DNA of 64,000 bases from Gemmatimonadota bacterium. Lineage in GTDB: Bacteria; Gemmatimonadota; Gemmatimonadetes; Gemmatimonadales; GWC2-71-9. The stretch spans positions 1 through 64,000 of the forward strand of contig JBDHKN010000033.1 of assembly GCA_039586365.1 (NCBI GenBank), given 5' to 3'. Both the position numbers and the translations under genes were made by a program. This document shows, piece after piece, positions 17,432 to 27,324 of the stretch; the first letter of the stretch is position 1; every line of letters starts with the position of its first letter. The notes below the pieces were generated by a model. The model searched no databases, was not told where the DNA came from, and worked only from the letters and a program-made list of their open reading frames with translations.

Positions 17432-18921
17432 TCGTGAAGTTGAACAACGTGAAGCAGGGGATGCGGGTGACCCTGGCGGCTGCAGGGTGGATGGCTTTGG
17501 TGGTTGTCGAGTCGGTCGCGCAATCCCCTGAGGAAGCGGAGGTCTACTCCCTCGCTCGAGCGCTCAATGTTGCACTGGCCAACAGCCAAACGCTGATCGA
17601 CACCGAAATGGATCTCGCAGTGGCGAAGCAGCAGGTGCGCGAGGCCTGGTCGAGCATGCTACCCGACGTTAGGGTCACGGCATCGTACACGCGCAACATG
17701 TTGACGCAGCAGATATTCCTGCCCGCTTTCTTCTTTGACCGGAACGCGGCACCGGACGAAGTCCGGGCTGTGGAGATAGGCCAGGACAACAGCTGGCAGG
17801 CGACCGTGAATGCTTCTCAGCCTCTCTTCGAGTACCCTGTGCTTGTAGGCCTTGGCGCGGCAGATCGATTCAGAGAACTGCAGGAGGAGCGAGTTAGGGG
17901 CACGGGCCAGCAGGTGGTGACCAATGTGAGGTTGGCGTATTTCGGCGTGCTCCTCGCCCAGGAGAACGTGCGCCTCACCGAGGAGAGCATAGAACGGGTG
18001 CGGCAGACCCTGCAAGAGACGGAGGCGCTGAACCGAGCGGGCATGGCGAGCAACTATGATGTGCTGTTGCTCGAGGTGCAGCTGTCGAATCTCACGACCA
18101 ACCTCAGCCGTGCGACATATGACCTGGCGGCGGCTAAGCGAACGTTACTCGTCGAGATGGGACTCGATCCCAGCACGCCGGTTGAGCTTGAGGGGCGGCT
18201 CAATGAAGTGGATCTGCTTGACATGAGCAGGAACACTCCTGAGAATGACGCCTTGCTCAGAGTCTCAGGCATGACCGTTTCAGAAGACACGGATCTGGAT
18301 CAACTGATGCGGGTGGCGCTGGTGCGGCGCACCGATTTACGGCAGATCCGAGCCTCTATCGTACTAGAAGAGGCTCGGCTGCAATTGCAGAGGGGCGAGT
18401 ACTTTCCCAAGTTGAGCCTGTTCTCCAACTACAATATCACTGCGCAGCAGGACGGCAGTCCGGTCTTCTTTGGAGATAACCCTAACCAGCGCACGAAGCT
18501 GGCAGCTGCTGGGATCCAAGTGGAGATCCCGATCTTCACAGGATTCTCGCGAGACGCCAGAGTGCAGCAATCCAAGGCTCTGGTCCGTCAAAACGAGGCT
18601 CGGCTGGATCTGCTCGAGCGGGAGACTGCGAACCAGCTGCGCACTATGATGGACAACGTGTTGGAAGCGCACCAGCGGGCGGAGAGCCAGCGGCAAACCG
18701 TAGCACAGGCACAGCGTGGTTTCGAGATTGCGTCGGCAGAATACAACGCGGGGATCGGGTCGCGGCTGCAGACCACTGAAGCCGAGTTGGTGCTCCGTCA
18801 ATCAGAATTCAACTATGCGCAAGCTGTGTATGATTACCTGGCAGCACGCGCCAACCTCGAAGCTGTGGTGGGAACCGTTCCGGAAGAGGCGGGCAGTTTC
18901 GCGGCACAGTATGGTGGATGA
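17428..18921 (+). CDS. TolC-family outer membrane efflux protein
   Basis: Signal peptide, repeated OEP helices, YFPKLSL, IPIFTGF. Confidence 0.9.
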   Translation: MIVKLNNVKQGMRVTLAAAGWMALVVVESVAQSPEEAEVYSLARALNVALANSQTLIDTEMDLAVAKQQVREAWSSMLPDVRVTASYTRNMLTQQIFLPAFFFDRNAAPDEVRAVEIGQDNSWQATVNASQPLFEYPVLVGLGAADRFRELQEERVRGTGQQVVTNVRLAYFGVLLAQENVRLTEESIERVRQTLQETEALNRAGMASNYDVLLLEVQLSNLTTNLSRATYDLAAAKRTLLVEMGLDPSTPVELEGRLNEVDLLDMSRNTPENDALLRVSGMTVSEDTDLDQLMRVALVRRTDLRQIRASIVLEEARLQLQRGEYFPKLSLFSNYNITAQQDGSPVFFGDNPNQRTKLAAAGIQVEIPIFTGFSRDARVQQSKALVRQNEARLDLLERETANQLRTMMDNVLEAHQRAESQRQTVAQAQRGFEIASAEYNAGIGSRLQTTEAELVLRQSEFNYAQAVYDYLAARANLEAVVGTVPEEAGSFAAQYGG

Positions 18922-20060
18922 CCATGGGAACAAAGTCACGAGGCCGGATTCAATTGGAGCCGCAAAGCATGCGAGCGAATGTACTCATAGCTGTCCTCAC
19001 CGTCGGGGCCATGACTGCGGGTTGTTCACGGGCCGCAGGCGACGCCGCTGACGGATCAGCTCAGGAACAACTCGACGTTCGAGTGGTGAACGTGGAGGTT
19101 ACCCCTGTCGAACTCTCCGAGTTCACCGCTTTCATACGCGTGACCGGCGAGGTCGAAGCTCTCAACGACGTGACCGTCTCGGCGGAGGAAAGCGGACGGA
19201 TAATAGAGTTCTTGGCGCAGAAGGGCGATCGCGTCGAAGCAGGTGAGCCTGTTGCCAGGCTGGAGGACGACTTCCTGTCTGCGCAGGTGGCAGAAGCGAG
19301 CGCCGCTGCGGAGTTGGCTCATGAGGAATGGGAGCGACAGCGCAACCTCTGGGAGGAGGACAGCGTCGGCACCGAACTGATGTATCTGCAGCGCAAGTAC
19401 CAAGCGGATATTGCGGCCGCGAGACTAGCTCAACTCCAATCGCGCCTCGAACGCACGATAATCCGTGCACCGGTCGACGGTCTGTTTGATGACCGCTTTC
19501 TGGAGTCGGGCGAGGTGGCTGTCGTCGGAGCGCCGGTATTCCGGGTGGTTGCCATCAGCAGAGTGAAGGTCACCGCTGGGGTACCGGAGCGTTATGCCCG
19601 TGCAGTGAGACGAGGTGACGTCGCAATCGTCAGTTTTGACATCTTCCCGGGTCGCGAATTCACCGGCCGCGTCAACTTCGTTGGCGCCAGCGTCGATTTG
19701 GCTAATCGCACATTCCCGATAGAGATAGTCCTGAACAATCCTGAAGGCATCATGAAGCCCGCGATGGTGGCCAACCTACAGGTGCAGCGCGAGCAGCTGT
19801 CAGATGCGATCGTGATTCCTCAGAACGTGGTCCTGCGTTCAGCAGATGGGTACAAGGTGTTTGTGGTGGAGTCACGTGACGGTGGAGACTTCGCCAAGGC
19901 CCGTGCTGTGGAGCTCGGGCCGGCTTCGGGTAATGACGTCGTGGTCGAGCAGGGTCTCGATGTTGGTGACTTGTTGATCACAGTGGGTCATCAGTTAGTA
20001 GACGACGAGAGCCGGGTTCGGATAGTGAGCGAGCAATATTCTGTAGCAGGGGAGAACTGA
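18918..20060 (+). CDS. RND periplasmic adaptor (membrane fusion) lipoprotein
   Basis: TAGC lipobox, GDRVEAGEP, IRAPVDG. Confidence 0.92.
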   Translation: MTMGTKSRGRIQLEPQSMRANVLIAVLTVGAMTAGCSRAAGDAADGSAQEQLDVRVVNVEVTPVELSEFTAFIRVTGEVEALNDVTVSAEESGRIIEFLAQKGDRVEAGEPVARLEDDFLSAQVAEASAAAELAHEEWERQRNLWEEDSVGTELMYLQRKYQADIAAARLAQLQSRLERTIIRAPVDGLFDDRFLESGEVAVVGAPVFRVVAISRVKVTAGVPERYARAVRRGDVAIVSFDIFPGREFTGRVNFVGASVDLANRTFPIEIVLNNPEGIMKPAMVANLQVQREQLSDAIVIPQNVVLRSADGYKVFVVESRDGGDFAKARAVELGPASGNDVVVEQGLDVGDLLITVGHQLVDDESRVRIVSEQYSVAGEN

Positions 20061-20061
20061 G

Positions 20062-23000
20062 ATGGCGCGGCAGGAAGGTCACGGGATCTTCAAGGAGTTC
20101 AAACTCACATCCCTCGCAGTGAACCATCCGACCAGCGTGTTGGTGTTGACCGTCATCATCATTCTGTCGGGGTTGTCGGGATACGTGTCGATCCCAAGGG
20201 AGTCGAGTCCGGAGATTACGATTCCGTTCATTGTCGTTCAGACGGTGTACCCTGGAGTAGCTCCCAAAGACATCGAGACATTGCTGACCCGGCCCATTGA
20301 AGACGAGCTGAACTCCATCGCTGACGTGAAGACCATCACGTCTCAGTCGGTGGAGGGTTACTCGGTGATAAACGTCGAGTTCAATGCAGGCGTCGACATG
20401 ACGGATGCCAAGCAGGAAGTCCGTGAGAAGGTGGACCTGGCGAAATCGGAGCTGCCGGAAGCCGCCGAAGATCCCCAGGTCATTGAACTCAACTTCTCCG
20501 AGTTTCCGATCATGCAGGTCAATGTATCGGGGGACTACGATCTGGTACGCCTCAGGGACGTGGCGGAAGATCTGCAGGACCGGCTGGAGCAGATTCCGAT
20601 GGTTCTCGAGGTGTCACTGGCTGGTGGTCTAGATCGGGAGGTCCAGGTCGATGTGGACCTGGCGAAGCTCCAGTTCTACGGGCTCGCCTTTGACGACGTG
20701 ATTGGTGCGATCCAAGCGGAGAACATCACGGTACCCGGCGGTTCAATTGACGTGGGTGATATGAAGTACTTGGTCCGCGTGCCGGGTGAATTCGAAGCCA
20801 CTGCGCCTATTGCCGATATCGTTGTCGACACCCGCAAGGGACGCGCGATCTATGTGCGAGACGTTGCCACAGTCGATTTCGGCTTCAAGGAACGTGATAG
20901 CTTCGCGCGGCTCGACGGAAGACCCGTGGTGACATTGAGCGTCTCCAAGCGGAGCGGTGAGAACATCATCGCCACTGCCGACGAGGTTCGGACCGCGATC
21001 GCCGCCATGGAACCGGAGCTGCCACCGGGTACCGTGGTGAAGATCACATCGGACCAGTCTGAGGATATTCACCAGATGGTGAGCAGCCTGGAGAACAACA
21101 TCATCTCCGGGTTGATCCTCGTGGTGGGAGTGTTGCTCTTCGTGCTCGGTGTGCGCACCGCTTCCTTCGTTGGCACCGCGATCCCACTGTCGATGCTGAT
21201 GTCATTCAGCGTCATGCAGCTGGTCGGGATCACCCTGAACTTCGTGGTGCTGTTCAGCCTCATCCTGGCGCTCGGGATGCTGGTGGACAACGGGATTGTA
21301 GTGGTGGAGAACATCTACCGTTTCAGGGAGCGCGGTTACGACCGGGTTGCTGCGGCTAAGCTTGGCACCGGAGAGGTAGCGGTCCCAATTATCGCCTCGA
21401 CTGCCACGACCCTCGCGGCCTTTGCCCCTATGGCGTTCTGGCCCGGAATCATCGGTGAGTTCATGAAGTACCTGCCGCTCACTTTGATAATCACGCTGAG
21501 TTCTTCGCTGTTTGTGGCGCTGGTGATCAACCCGGTGTTCTGCTCGCTGTGGTTGAACACCGAAGACGCTCCCTCCACCGAGCTGCCACGGGCAACCAAG
21601 CGGGTACTGATTGGTGCCACTGTCCTGGCAGTCTTGATCGGCCTGGCCAGCGGCTGGCTCCCCACGCTGCTCCTAGTCCTGACGGCTGTACTGCTGCGTG
21701 TGCTCTACCAGCGTGTCTTGCGCCCGACTGGGCACTGGTTGATGACGCAGGGCATGCCGCAGGCCATACGGTTGTATGAGGGACAGTTGCGGTGGGCACT
21801 CAAGCACAGGTTCCTGATGCTGTCCGGGGCCGGTGCCCTCCTGGTGTTGGTTGTGATGGTTTTTGGCGTCCTCAACGCTGGAATCGAGTTCTTCCCGGAA
21901 GACATTCCGCCTTCGACAGCGTTCGTCCAGGTAGAGGCCCCCTTGGGCACCGGGCTAGAGCAGACCGACCAAATCGTGTACAGGATAGAGCAGGCGGTAG
22001 CAGATGTTCTGGGGCAGGGGGACGTGAAGTCGGTCGTAGCAACCGTGGGCCAGAGCACCAGCGGGTTCGCGGGAGGTAGGGGTACGCACCTCGCAACGGT
22101 GACCGTCACTTTCATCGACTATGAAGACAGAGCGAGGGACGCATCCGACGCCTTGGAGGACTTGCGTCAGCGACTAGAGGGGGAAATCGCCGGAGCCGAA
22201 GTTTCGGTGGAGTTGTTGGAAGAGGGACCACCGACCGGGCTGCCAGTCAACATCGAGATCGCGGGCGAGGATCCCGATCTCTTGAAGGATCTCGGTGCGA
22301 CCGTCGTAGCGAGGCTCGAGCAAGCACCGGTATTCTACAAGCTGGACGGTCTGGAAAGCGACATGGAGAACGCCCGTCCCGAGTTGGTGGTGGACGTGGA
22401 TCGGGAGAAGGCTGCACTGTACGGCCTCAACACGCGAGACGTCGGTTTCACCGTACGCAGTGCGATCAATGGTTCTGAGGCGTCCAAGTACCGGGATGGC
22501 AAAGACGAATACGACATCACGGTGAGGTTGGCGAAAGAGTACCGTGACAACCTCAGCGCTCTGGGGGACCTCCATGTAGTTGCCGAAGGCGGCATTCAGA
22601 TCCCGCTATCCTCGATCGCCACGTGGCGGGTGGGCGAGGGATACGGAGGTGTGAACCGCAAGGACCTCGAGAAGGTGGTGACCGTGTCTTCCGACGTGCG
22701 ACAAGGGTACAACGCGAACGCAGTGCTCGCCGAGGTGAAGGGGGAGCTGGGTGAATTCGCAGCCTCGCTGCCTAGCGGGTACCGGATGAGCTATACCGGG
22801 CAGCAGCAGGAACAAGAGGAGTCACAGGCTTTCCTGTTCGGTGTGTTCATCACCGTGGTTCTGTTGATGGGCTTCATCCTCGTGACCCAGTTCGACTCGG
22901 TGACGAAGCCGATTATCATATTGAGTTCTGTGGTGCTTTCCACCATCGGTGTTCTGATAGGTCTGATGTTGTTCCGAATGCCATTTGGGATAATCATGAC

Positions 23001-23493
23001 TGGAGTCGGAGTGATCAGTCTCGCCGGCGTGGTGGTGAACAACGCCATAGTGCTGATCGACTACGTTGACACGTTGCGGATCCGGGATGGACTCAGCCGG
23101 TTCGAGGCACTCATCAGGGGTGGTAAGACCAGGTTCCGACCCGTGATTCTCACGGCTGTTACAACCGTTCTGGGTCTGGTGCCGCTGGCGATCGGATTGA
23201 ACTTCGACTTCATCGGTCTGTACTCGAATCTGAATCCCGATCCCTACTGGGGCGGCGAAAATGCAGCTTGGTGGGGGCCGATGGCGATCGCCGTGATCGC
23301 GGGACTGACGTTTGCCACGTTCCTCACTTTGGTGCTCGTACCGGTGATGTACGCGCTACTCGACGACCTGGACGCACTCATCGCCCGCTACTTCAAGCCG
23401 GCTCGGCTGGACGAAGAAGAGGAGCGGATCGCGCGCGAGATCGAAGAAGCAATAACTGGTGAGCACCGTTTACCGGAGCCAGCCAGCATATAG
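20062..23493 (+). CDS. RND efflux permease (AcrB/AcrD/AcrF family)
   Basis: YPGVAP, LGMLVDNGIVVVENI, RFRPVILTA. Confidence 0.95.
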   Translation: MARQEGHGIFKEFKLTSLAVNHPTSVLVLTVIIILSGLSGYVSIPRESSPEITIPFIVVQTVYPGVAPKDIETLLTRPIEDELNSIADVKTITSQSVEGYSVINVEFNAGVDMTDAKQEVREKVDLAKSELPEAAEDPQVIELNFSEFPIMQVNVSGDYDLVRLRDVAEDLQDRLEQIPMVLEVSLAGGLDREVQVDVDLAKLQFYGLAFDDVIGAIQAENITVPGGSIDVGDMKYLVRVPGEFEATAPIADIVVDTRKGRAIYVRDVATVDFGFKERDSFARLDGRPVVTLSVSKRSGENIIATADEVRTAIAAMEPELPPGTVVKITSDQSEDIHQMVSSLENNIISGLILVVGVLLFVLGVRTASFVGTAIPLSMLMSFSVMQLVGITLNFVVLFSLILALGMLVDNGIVVVENIYRFRERGYDRVAAAKLGTGEVAVPIIASTATTLAAFAPMAFWPGIIGEFMKYLPLTLIITLSSSLFVALVINPVFCSLWLNTEDAPSTELPRATKRVLIGATVLAVLIGLASGWLPTLLLVLTAVLLRVLYQRVLRPTGHWLMTQGMPQAIRLYEGQLRWALKHRFLMLSGAGALLVLVVMVFGVLNAGIEFFPEDIPPSTAFVQVEAPLGTGLEQTDQIVYRIEQAVADVLGQGDVKSVVATVGQSTSGFAGGRGTHLATVTVTFIDYEDRARDASDALEDLRQRLEGEIAGAEVSVELLEEGPPTGLPVNIEIAGEDPDLLKDLGATVVARLEQAPVFYKLDGLESDMENARPELVVDVDREKAALYGLNTRDVGFTVRSAINGSEASKYRDGKDEYDITVRLAKEYRDNLSALGDLHVVAEGGIQIPLSSIATWRVGEGYGGVNRKDLEKVVTVSSDVRQGYNANAVLAEVKGELGEFAASLPSGYRMSYTGQQQEQEESQAFLFGVFITVVLLMGFILVTQFDSVTKPIIILSSVVLSTIGVLIGLMLFRMPFGIIMTGVGVISLAGVVVNNAIVLIDYVDTLRIRDGLSRFEALIRGGKTRFRPVILTAVTTVLGLVPLAIGLNFDFIGLYSNLNPDPYWGGENAAWWGPMAIAVIAGLTFATFLTLVLVPVMYALLDDLDALIARYFKPARLDEEEERIAREIEEAITGEHRLPEPASI

Positions 23494-24291
23494 CTCTGGC
23501 CTGCGGTCGCGCCAGAACAGCGTTCTTGCAGGGGAGGTGGCACAAGTCGACAGATCCAGTTCCGCCAGGACCAAGTCATCAGCGAGCCGCTTCCCGCGAG
23601 CAACTACACCGCCTCGAGGATCCACCACGAAAGACTCACCTGCGAAGGTGAGTCTTTCCTCTTCTCCCACCCGGTTACACAAGGCAGCGTAGTAGCCATT
23701 CTGAAATGCCGCGGTGCGCACCTCCGCCTCAAATAGGCCCTCCGGCCATTCGTCCAGCGCACCAGCCTGAGGAATCACGACCAACTCCGCACCGGCCACA
23801 CCCAGCGCCCGCATGTACTCGGGATAGTGCCGGTCGTAGCAGATGGCGACTCCAATCCTCCCGACCCGAGTCTCGTAGACGGGTGCCCCTCGATCACCGG
23901 CGTGATAGTACTCCCGCTCATGAAAGCACGCATAGTCGGTGATGTGGACCATGCGAGTAACACCCAACAGCGTACCGTCGGCATCGAATACGGGTGAGGT
24001 ATCAAAGCGGCGACCGGACTCGTCTCTCTCGTACATGTTGAATACCGTCACGAGCGACAACTGAGCAGCCTTGGCTGCAATAGCGTCGGCCGTGGGGCCC
24101 GGAATGGGTTCGGCCCGGCCCTCAGCAGCCGTATCGTGCTCATGCTGAGGGAAGAACCGATCTATTGCCAGTTCTGGAAACGCTATCAATTCAGCGCCGG
24201 CGTCTTGGGCGCGCTCCATGGCCTCGATTGCTCGGCGGAGGTTGGCCTGTCGGTTGGGGGCAGCGGATTGCTGGGCAAGTGCCAAACGCAT
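23470..24291 (-). CDS. Carbon-nitrogen hydrolase (nitrilase superfamily; N-carbamoyl amidase-like)
   Basis: FPEL (Glu), ICYDRHYPE (Cys), NRVG; expected catalytic Lys position reads RMVH. Start placed at ATG 24291. Confidence 0.85.
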   Translation of the reverse strand: MRLALAQQSAAPNRQANLRRAIEAMERAQDAGAELIAFPELAIDRFFPQHEHDTAAEGRAEPIPGPTADAIAAKAAQLSLVTVFNMYERDESGRRFDTSPVFDADGTLLGVTRMVHITDYACFHEREYYHAGDRGAPVYETRVGRIGVAICYDRHYPEYMRALGVAGAELVVIPQAGALDEWPEGLFEAEVRTAAFQNGYYAALCNRVGEEERLTFAGESFVVDPRGGVVARGKRLADDLVLAELDLSTCATSPARTLFWRDRRPELYAGWLR

Positions 24292-24360
24292 GGTGTCTTC
24301 CTGTCGTCTGTAAAGCATTGAGCTGAAAAGTGCGTGCCGTCAGCTATCAGCCGTCAGCTG

Positions 24361-25437
24361 CTAGCTCTTTTCGACCACCAAATCTAGCAGCCGTTGCGCC
24401 GTGTCATCGAGTTTGTATTCCGCAGCTCTCGCTAGGTTTGCCTGCCCCATGGCTGCTCGCAGGTTGGTGTCTTCCAGGCAGCGCACCAGCTTCTCCGCCA
24501 AGTCGTGGTCGTCGTAGGGCTGCGCCAGCAACCCGTTGACTCCGTCTTGGATCAACTCTGGTGCTGAACTGGTCCTACATGCCACAACGGCCTTGCCACT
24601 GGCCATGGCTTCGAGAAAGACGAGACCGAACCCCTCCTGCAGACTTGGCAGACAAAACAGATCGCATGAGGCAAACTCCCGCAGCAGGTCGGCGTGGGAC
24701 AGCGAGCCCAAGAACTCGATGTGGTCCGAGATGCCGAGGGAGGCGGTCAGCTTGCGGAGGCGGGGTAACTCGGGTCCTTGACCGACAATGCGAACGCGGA
24801 TTGCCGCAGCCCGCGAGGTGACGAGCCTGGTGGCTCTGATCAACGCTGCGATGTTCTTGCGTGGATACATGTGTGCCACGCAAAGGACCGTCGGCGGCTG
24901 TCCTGTCCGTGCCCGCTCGAAATCAATCCCGGTGAGGTCGCGCTGCCATCGCACGACGTCGAACGCTGGTGGGACCACGCCGATCCGGTTACGAGGCAGA
25001 TCGTAGAGTTGGGCGATTCGGTTGCGGCTGTACTCACTCGTTGTGATCACGGCGTCGGCACGCCTGGCACTATGCCTCTCGGCCCGTGCCTGCAGCATCA
25101 GCAGCTGGGCTACAACGCCTTGCTCGAACCTAGCCTCGTCCGCCAGGACACCCATTACGTAGCAGACAAAACGGTGAATGCGTCCCGACAGAGTGAAACC
25201 ATCCATGTCCATGCCGAACACGATGTCGCTGTCGGCGGCACAACGCTTGGTGAGCTGGAGATTGAAGGCGAACCGTTGGAAGGTGTGTCCCATTCTTCCG
25301 GGTAGCCCGTCGGGTCGGATGAATCGCACGGTATGCCCCAGCTGCTGTAACCCTCTTTGCAGGGCCGCCCCAGCGATGAAGGTGCCGCTACCGTGGGATA
25401 CGTTGAACGGAGTGGATGTGATCAGCGTGAGGTTCAC
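24361..25437 (-). CDS. Glycosyltransferase family 4
   Basis: PRKN, PSLQEGFGLVFLEAMASG. Confidence 0.92.
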   Translation of the reverse strand: MNLTLITSTPFNVSHGSGTFIAGAALQRGLQQLGHTVRFIRPDGLPGRMGHTFQRFAFNLQLTKRCAADSDIVFGMDMDGFTLSGRIHRFVCYVMGVLADEARFEQGVVAQLLMLQARAERHSARRADAVITTSEYSRNRIAQLYDLPRNRIGVVPPAFDVVRWQRDLTGIDFERARTGQPPTVLCVAHMYPRKNIAALIRATRLVTSRAAAIRVRIVGQGPELPRLRKLTASLGISDHIEFLGSLSHADLLREFASCDLFCLPSLQEGFGLVFLEAMASGKAVVACRTSSAPELIQDGVNGLLAQPYDDHDLAEKLVRCLEDTNLRAAMGQANLARAAEYKLDDTAQRLLDLVVEKS

Positions 25438-27200
25438 AGGTTGCGTCTGGGGATTTGGCCGCCAACGAACCGCTTGAAGCGCTCGAGCGGACCACCCGAG
25501 TCCGGGCCCATGCTCTCAGCTATCGCTTGGGCGTATTGCTCAGCCGAATCAAATCGGTCCGACGGTTCCAGGGTTGCTCCCTTGACCAGAGTCCGGACCA
25601 GTTTTTCTGGCAGGTCACCACGGACAGCTGCGATGTCAGGCAGCCTTCCCACAGTGTGGCGCGCAACGACGGCGGCCGGTGTCCCTCCTCGGAAGGGAAC
25701 CGACCCGGTTAGAGCGAAGTAGGCGCACAACGTGAGTGAGTACAGGTCAGCGCGGTGATCTACCGGTTCACCGAGCATCTGCTCAGGGGCCGCGAACTCA
25801 GGGGTGCCAGACCGCGACGATGCACCTGCGTGCCAATCTGGTCGTTGCAGCGCCAATGCCAGTCCGAAGTCGGCGATCCGCACGCTGCCCGACCCGTCCA
25901 GTAGGATGTTCTCGGGCTTGATATCCCGATGGACCAGACCGTAGCCGTGCGCGTGTCTGAGCGCGGCCAGAGCCTCCTGCATCAACCTCACCACTCGTTC
26001 TACCGGTAGGCGGCCGCCTCTCTCGACGATCTGAGCCAAGTTCCCGCCAGGCACGTACTCCATCGTGTACCACAGTAACCCGCCGCGTCCCCCGATGTCG
26101 TATGTGTTCACTATGTTGCTGTGAACGACCCTGGCCGACAACTGCGCTTCCCGGCGAAAACGCTCCACCACTGCTGGATCGGTAGTGAGAAACGGATGCA
26201 GGATCTTCAATGCGACTTCTCGCTCCAACTCCAAGTCGCGCACCCGATAGACGCGCCCGAATCCACCGGAGCCGAGTGCGTCGAGCAGCTCGTAGTCATC
26301 ACCCAGCAGGCGCCTGAGGTGCTTCTCCCAAGCCCCGGCATCGTCATAGGCAATCCTCTGCGGAGCTACTGGTATGAGGATGTCGGAGTCGCCCAAGTCG
26401 GAGAGTAAGTCGTCGATCATCTCGGCGGCTGAGAAGAATCGTTCGCCAGGGTCCTGCTTGAGGGTTCTCATGAGGATACGATTGAGTGCTTGGGGAGACA
26501 TCGGTCGCAACTCGCGTGGCGGCACGATATCGTAGGGATCAGTCGCTGGAATCTGACCGGTGAGAGCGAAGTACACGAGAGCTCCCGCCGTGTAAATGTC
26601 ACTCCTGGGATCGCCACCACCACCGGCCCGAATCTCCGGTGCGATGAATGGCACGCTCTCGGGATCCCACTCGTCGGCCACGTCGAGGCAGACACTGGCA
26701 AACCTGAGGTCGATCACTCTGGTGCGGCCGGTCGTCTCGAGCATCACAATCGCTGGGACTATACGGCGTACCGCGATCTGATTGGAATGGATGTATTCCA
26801 GCAGGCTTGTGAGGGTGCGCGCGATCCGAAGAACATTGGGGATCGGCCGGGGACCGCGTGCCACAGCGGCTGCGAGACTCTCACCTTCTATCCACTTCAC
26901 GACGCGGTAGGCCCAGGGGTCCCGATATCCGGCGCTATAGATGGTGCGGAGCCCAGGGTGATCCAGCGATGCCAGCAACTCAGTCTCCCGTTCAAACCAG
27001 GTGCGGCTTCGCGTATCGGGCTGCAGGTGAATGCGGAGCGCTGCTTCCCGCTTGAGTATTCTATCACGTACCACGAACAGGGCGCGCTCCGTCGATGCCG
27101 CAACGAGCGTCTTGATTTCGAGTATGTCGTGAAACACCTCTTGGGCGCGACCGAAAAGGTCAGGTGCGTTGATCTCGGCTGAGATGAGAGGCTGAATCAT
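25434..27200 (-). CDS. Tandem pseudokinase-kinase Hanks-type Ser/Thr protein kinase
   Basis: C-terminal domain canonical (GSGGFG, VALK, HRDIKPEN, DFG, APE); N-terminal domain degenerate (AALR, RRIVPAI, DLRF, APE). Confidence 0.9.
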   Translation of the reverse strand: MIQPLISAEINAPDLFGRAQEVFHDILEIKTLVAASTERALFVVRDRILKREAALRIHLQPDTRSRTWFERETELLASLDHPGLRTIYSAGYRDPWAYRVVKWIEGESLAAAVARGPRPIPNVLRIARTLTSLLEYIHSNQIAVRRIVPAIVMLETTGRTRVIDLRFASVCLDVADEWDPESVPFIAPEIRAGGGGDPRSDIYTAGALVYFALTGQIPATDPYDIVPPRELRPMSPQALNRILMRTLKQDPGERFFSAAEMIDDLLSDLGDSDILIPVAPQRIAYDDAGAWEKHLRRLLGDDYELLDALGSGGFGRVYRVRDLELEREVALKILHPFLTTDPAVVERFRREAQLSARVVHSNIVNTYDIGGRGGLLWYTMEYVPGGNLAQIVERGGRLPVERVVRLMQEALAALRHAHGYGLVHRDIKPENILLDGSGSVRIADFGLALALQRPDWHAGASSRSGTPEFAAPEQMLGEPVDHRADLYSLTLCAYFALTGSVPFRGGTPAAVVARHTVGRLPDIAAVRGDLPEKLVRTLVKGATLEPSDRFDSAEQYAQAIAESMGPDSGGPLERFKRFVGGQIPRRNL

Positions 27201-27324
27201 GATATTGCAGTGGTTTCTGGCGCCCGGAAAATAACCAAAGTCTGACTGGCAAGTGGCTTTTCTGTCCCGCTGGTCTGTCCATCGGCCACTTCTGCCTCTT
27301 CGGCTACCTGAATAACTTCACCGG

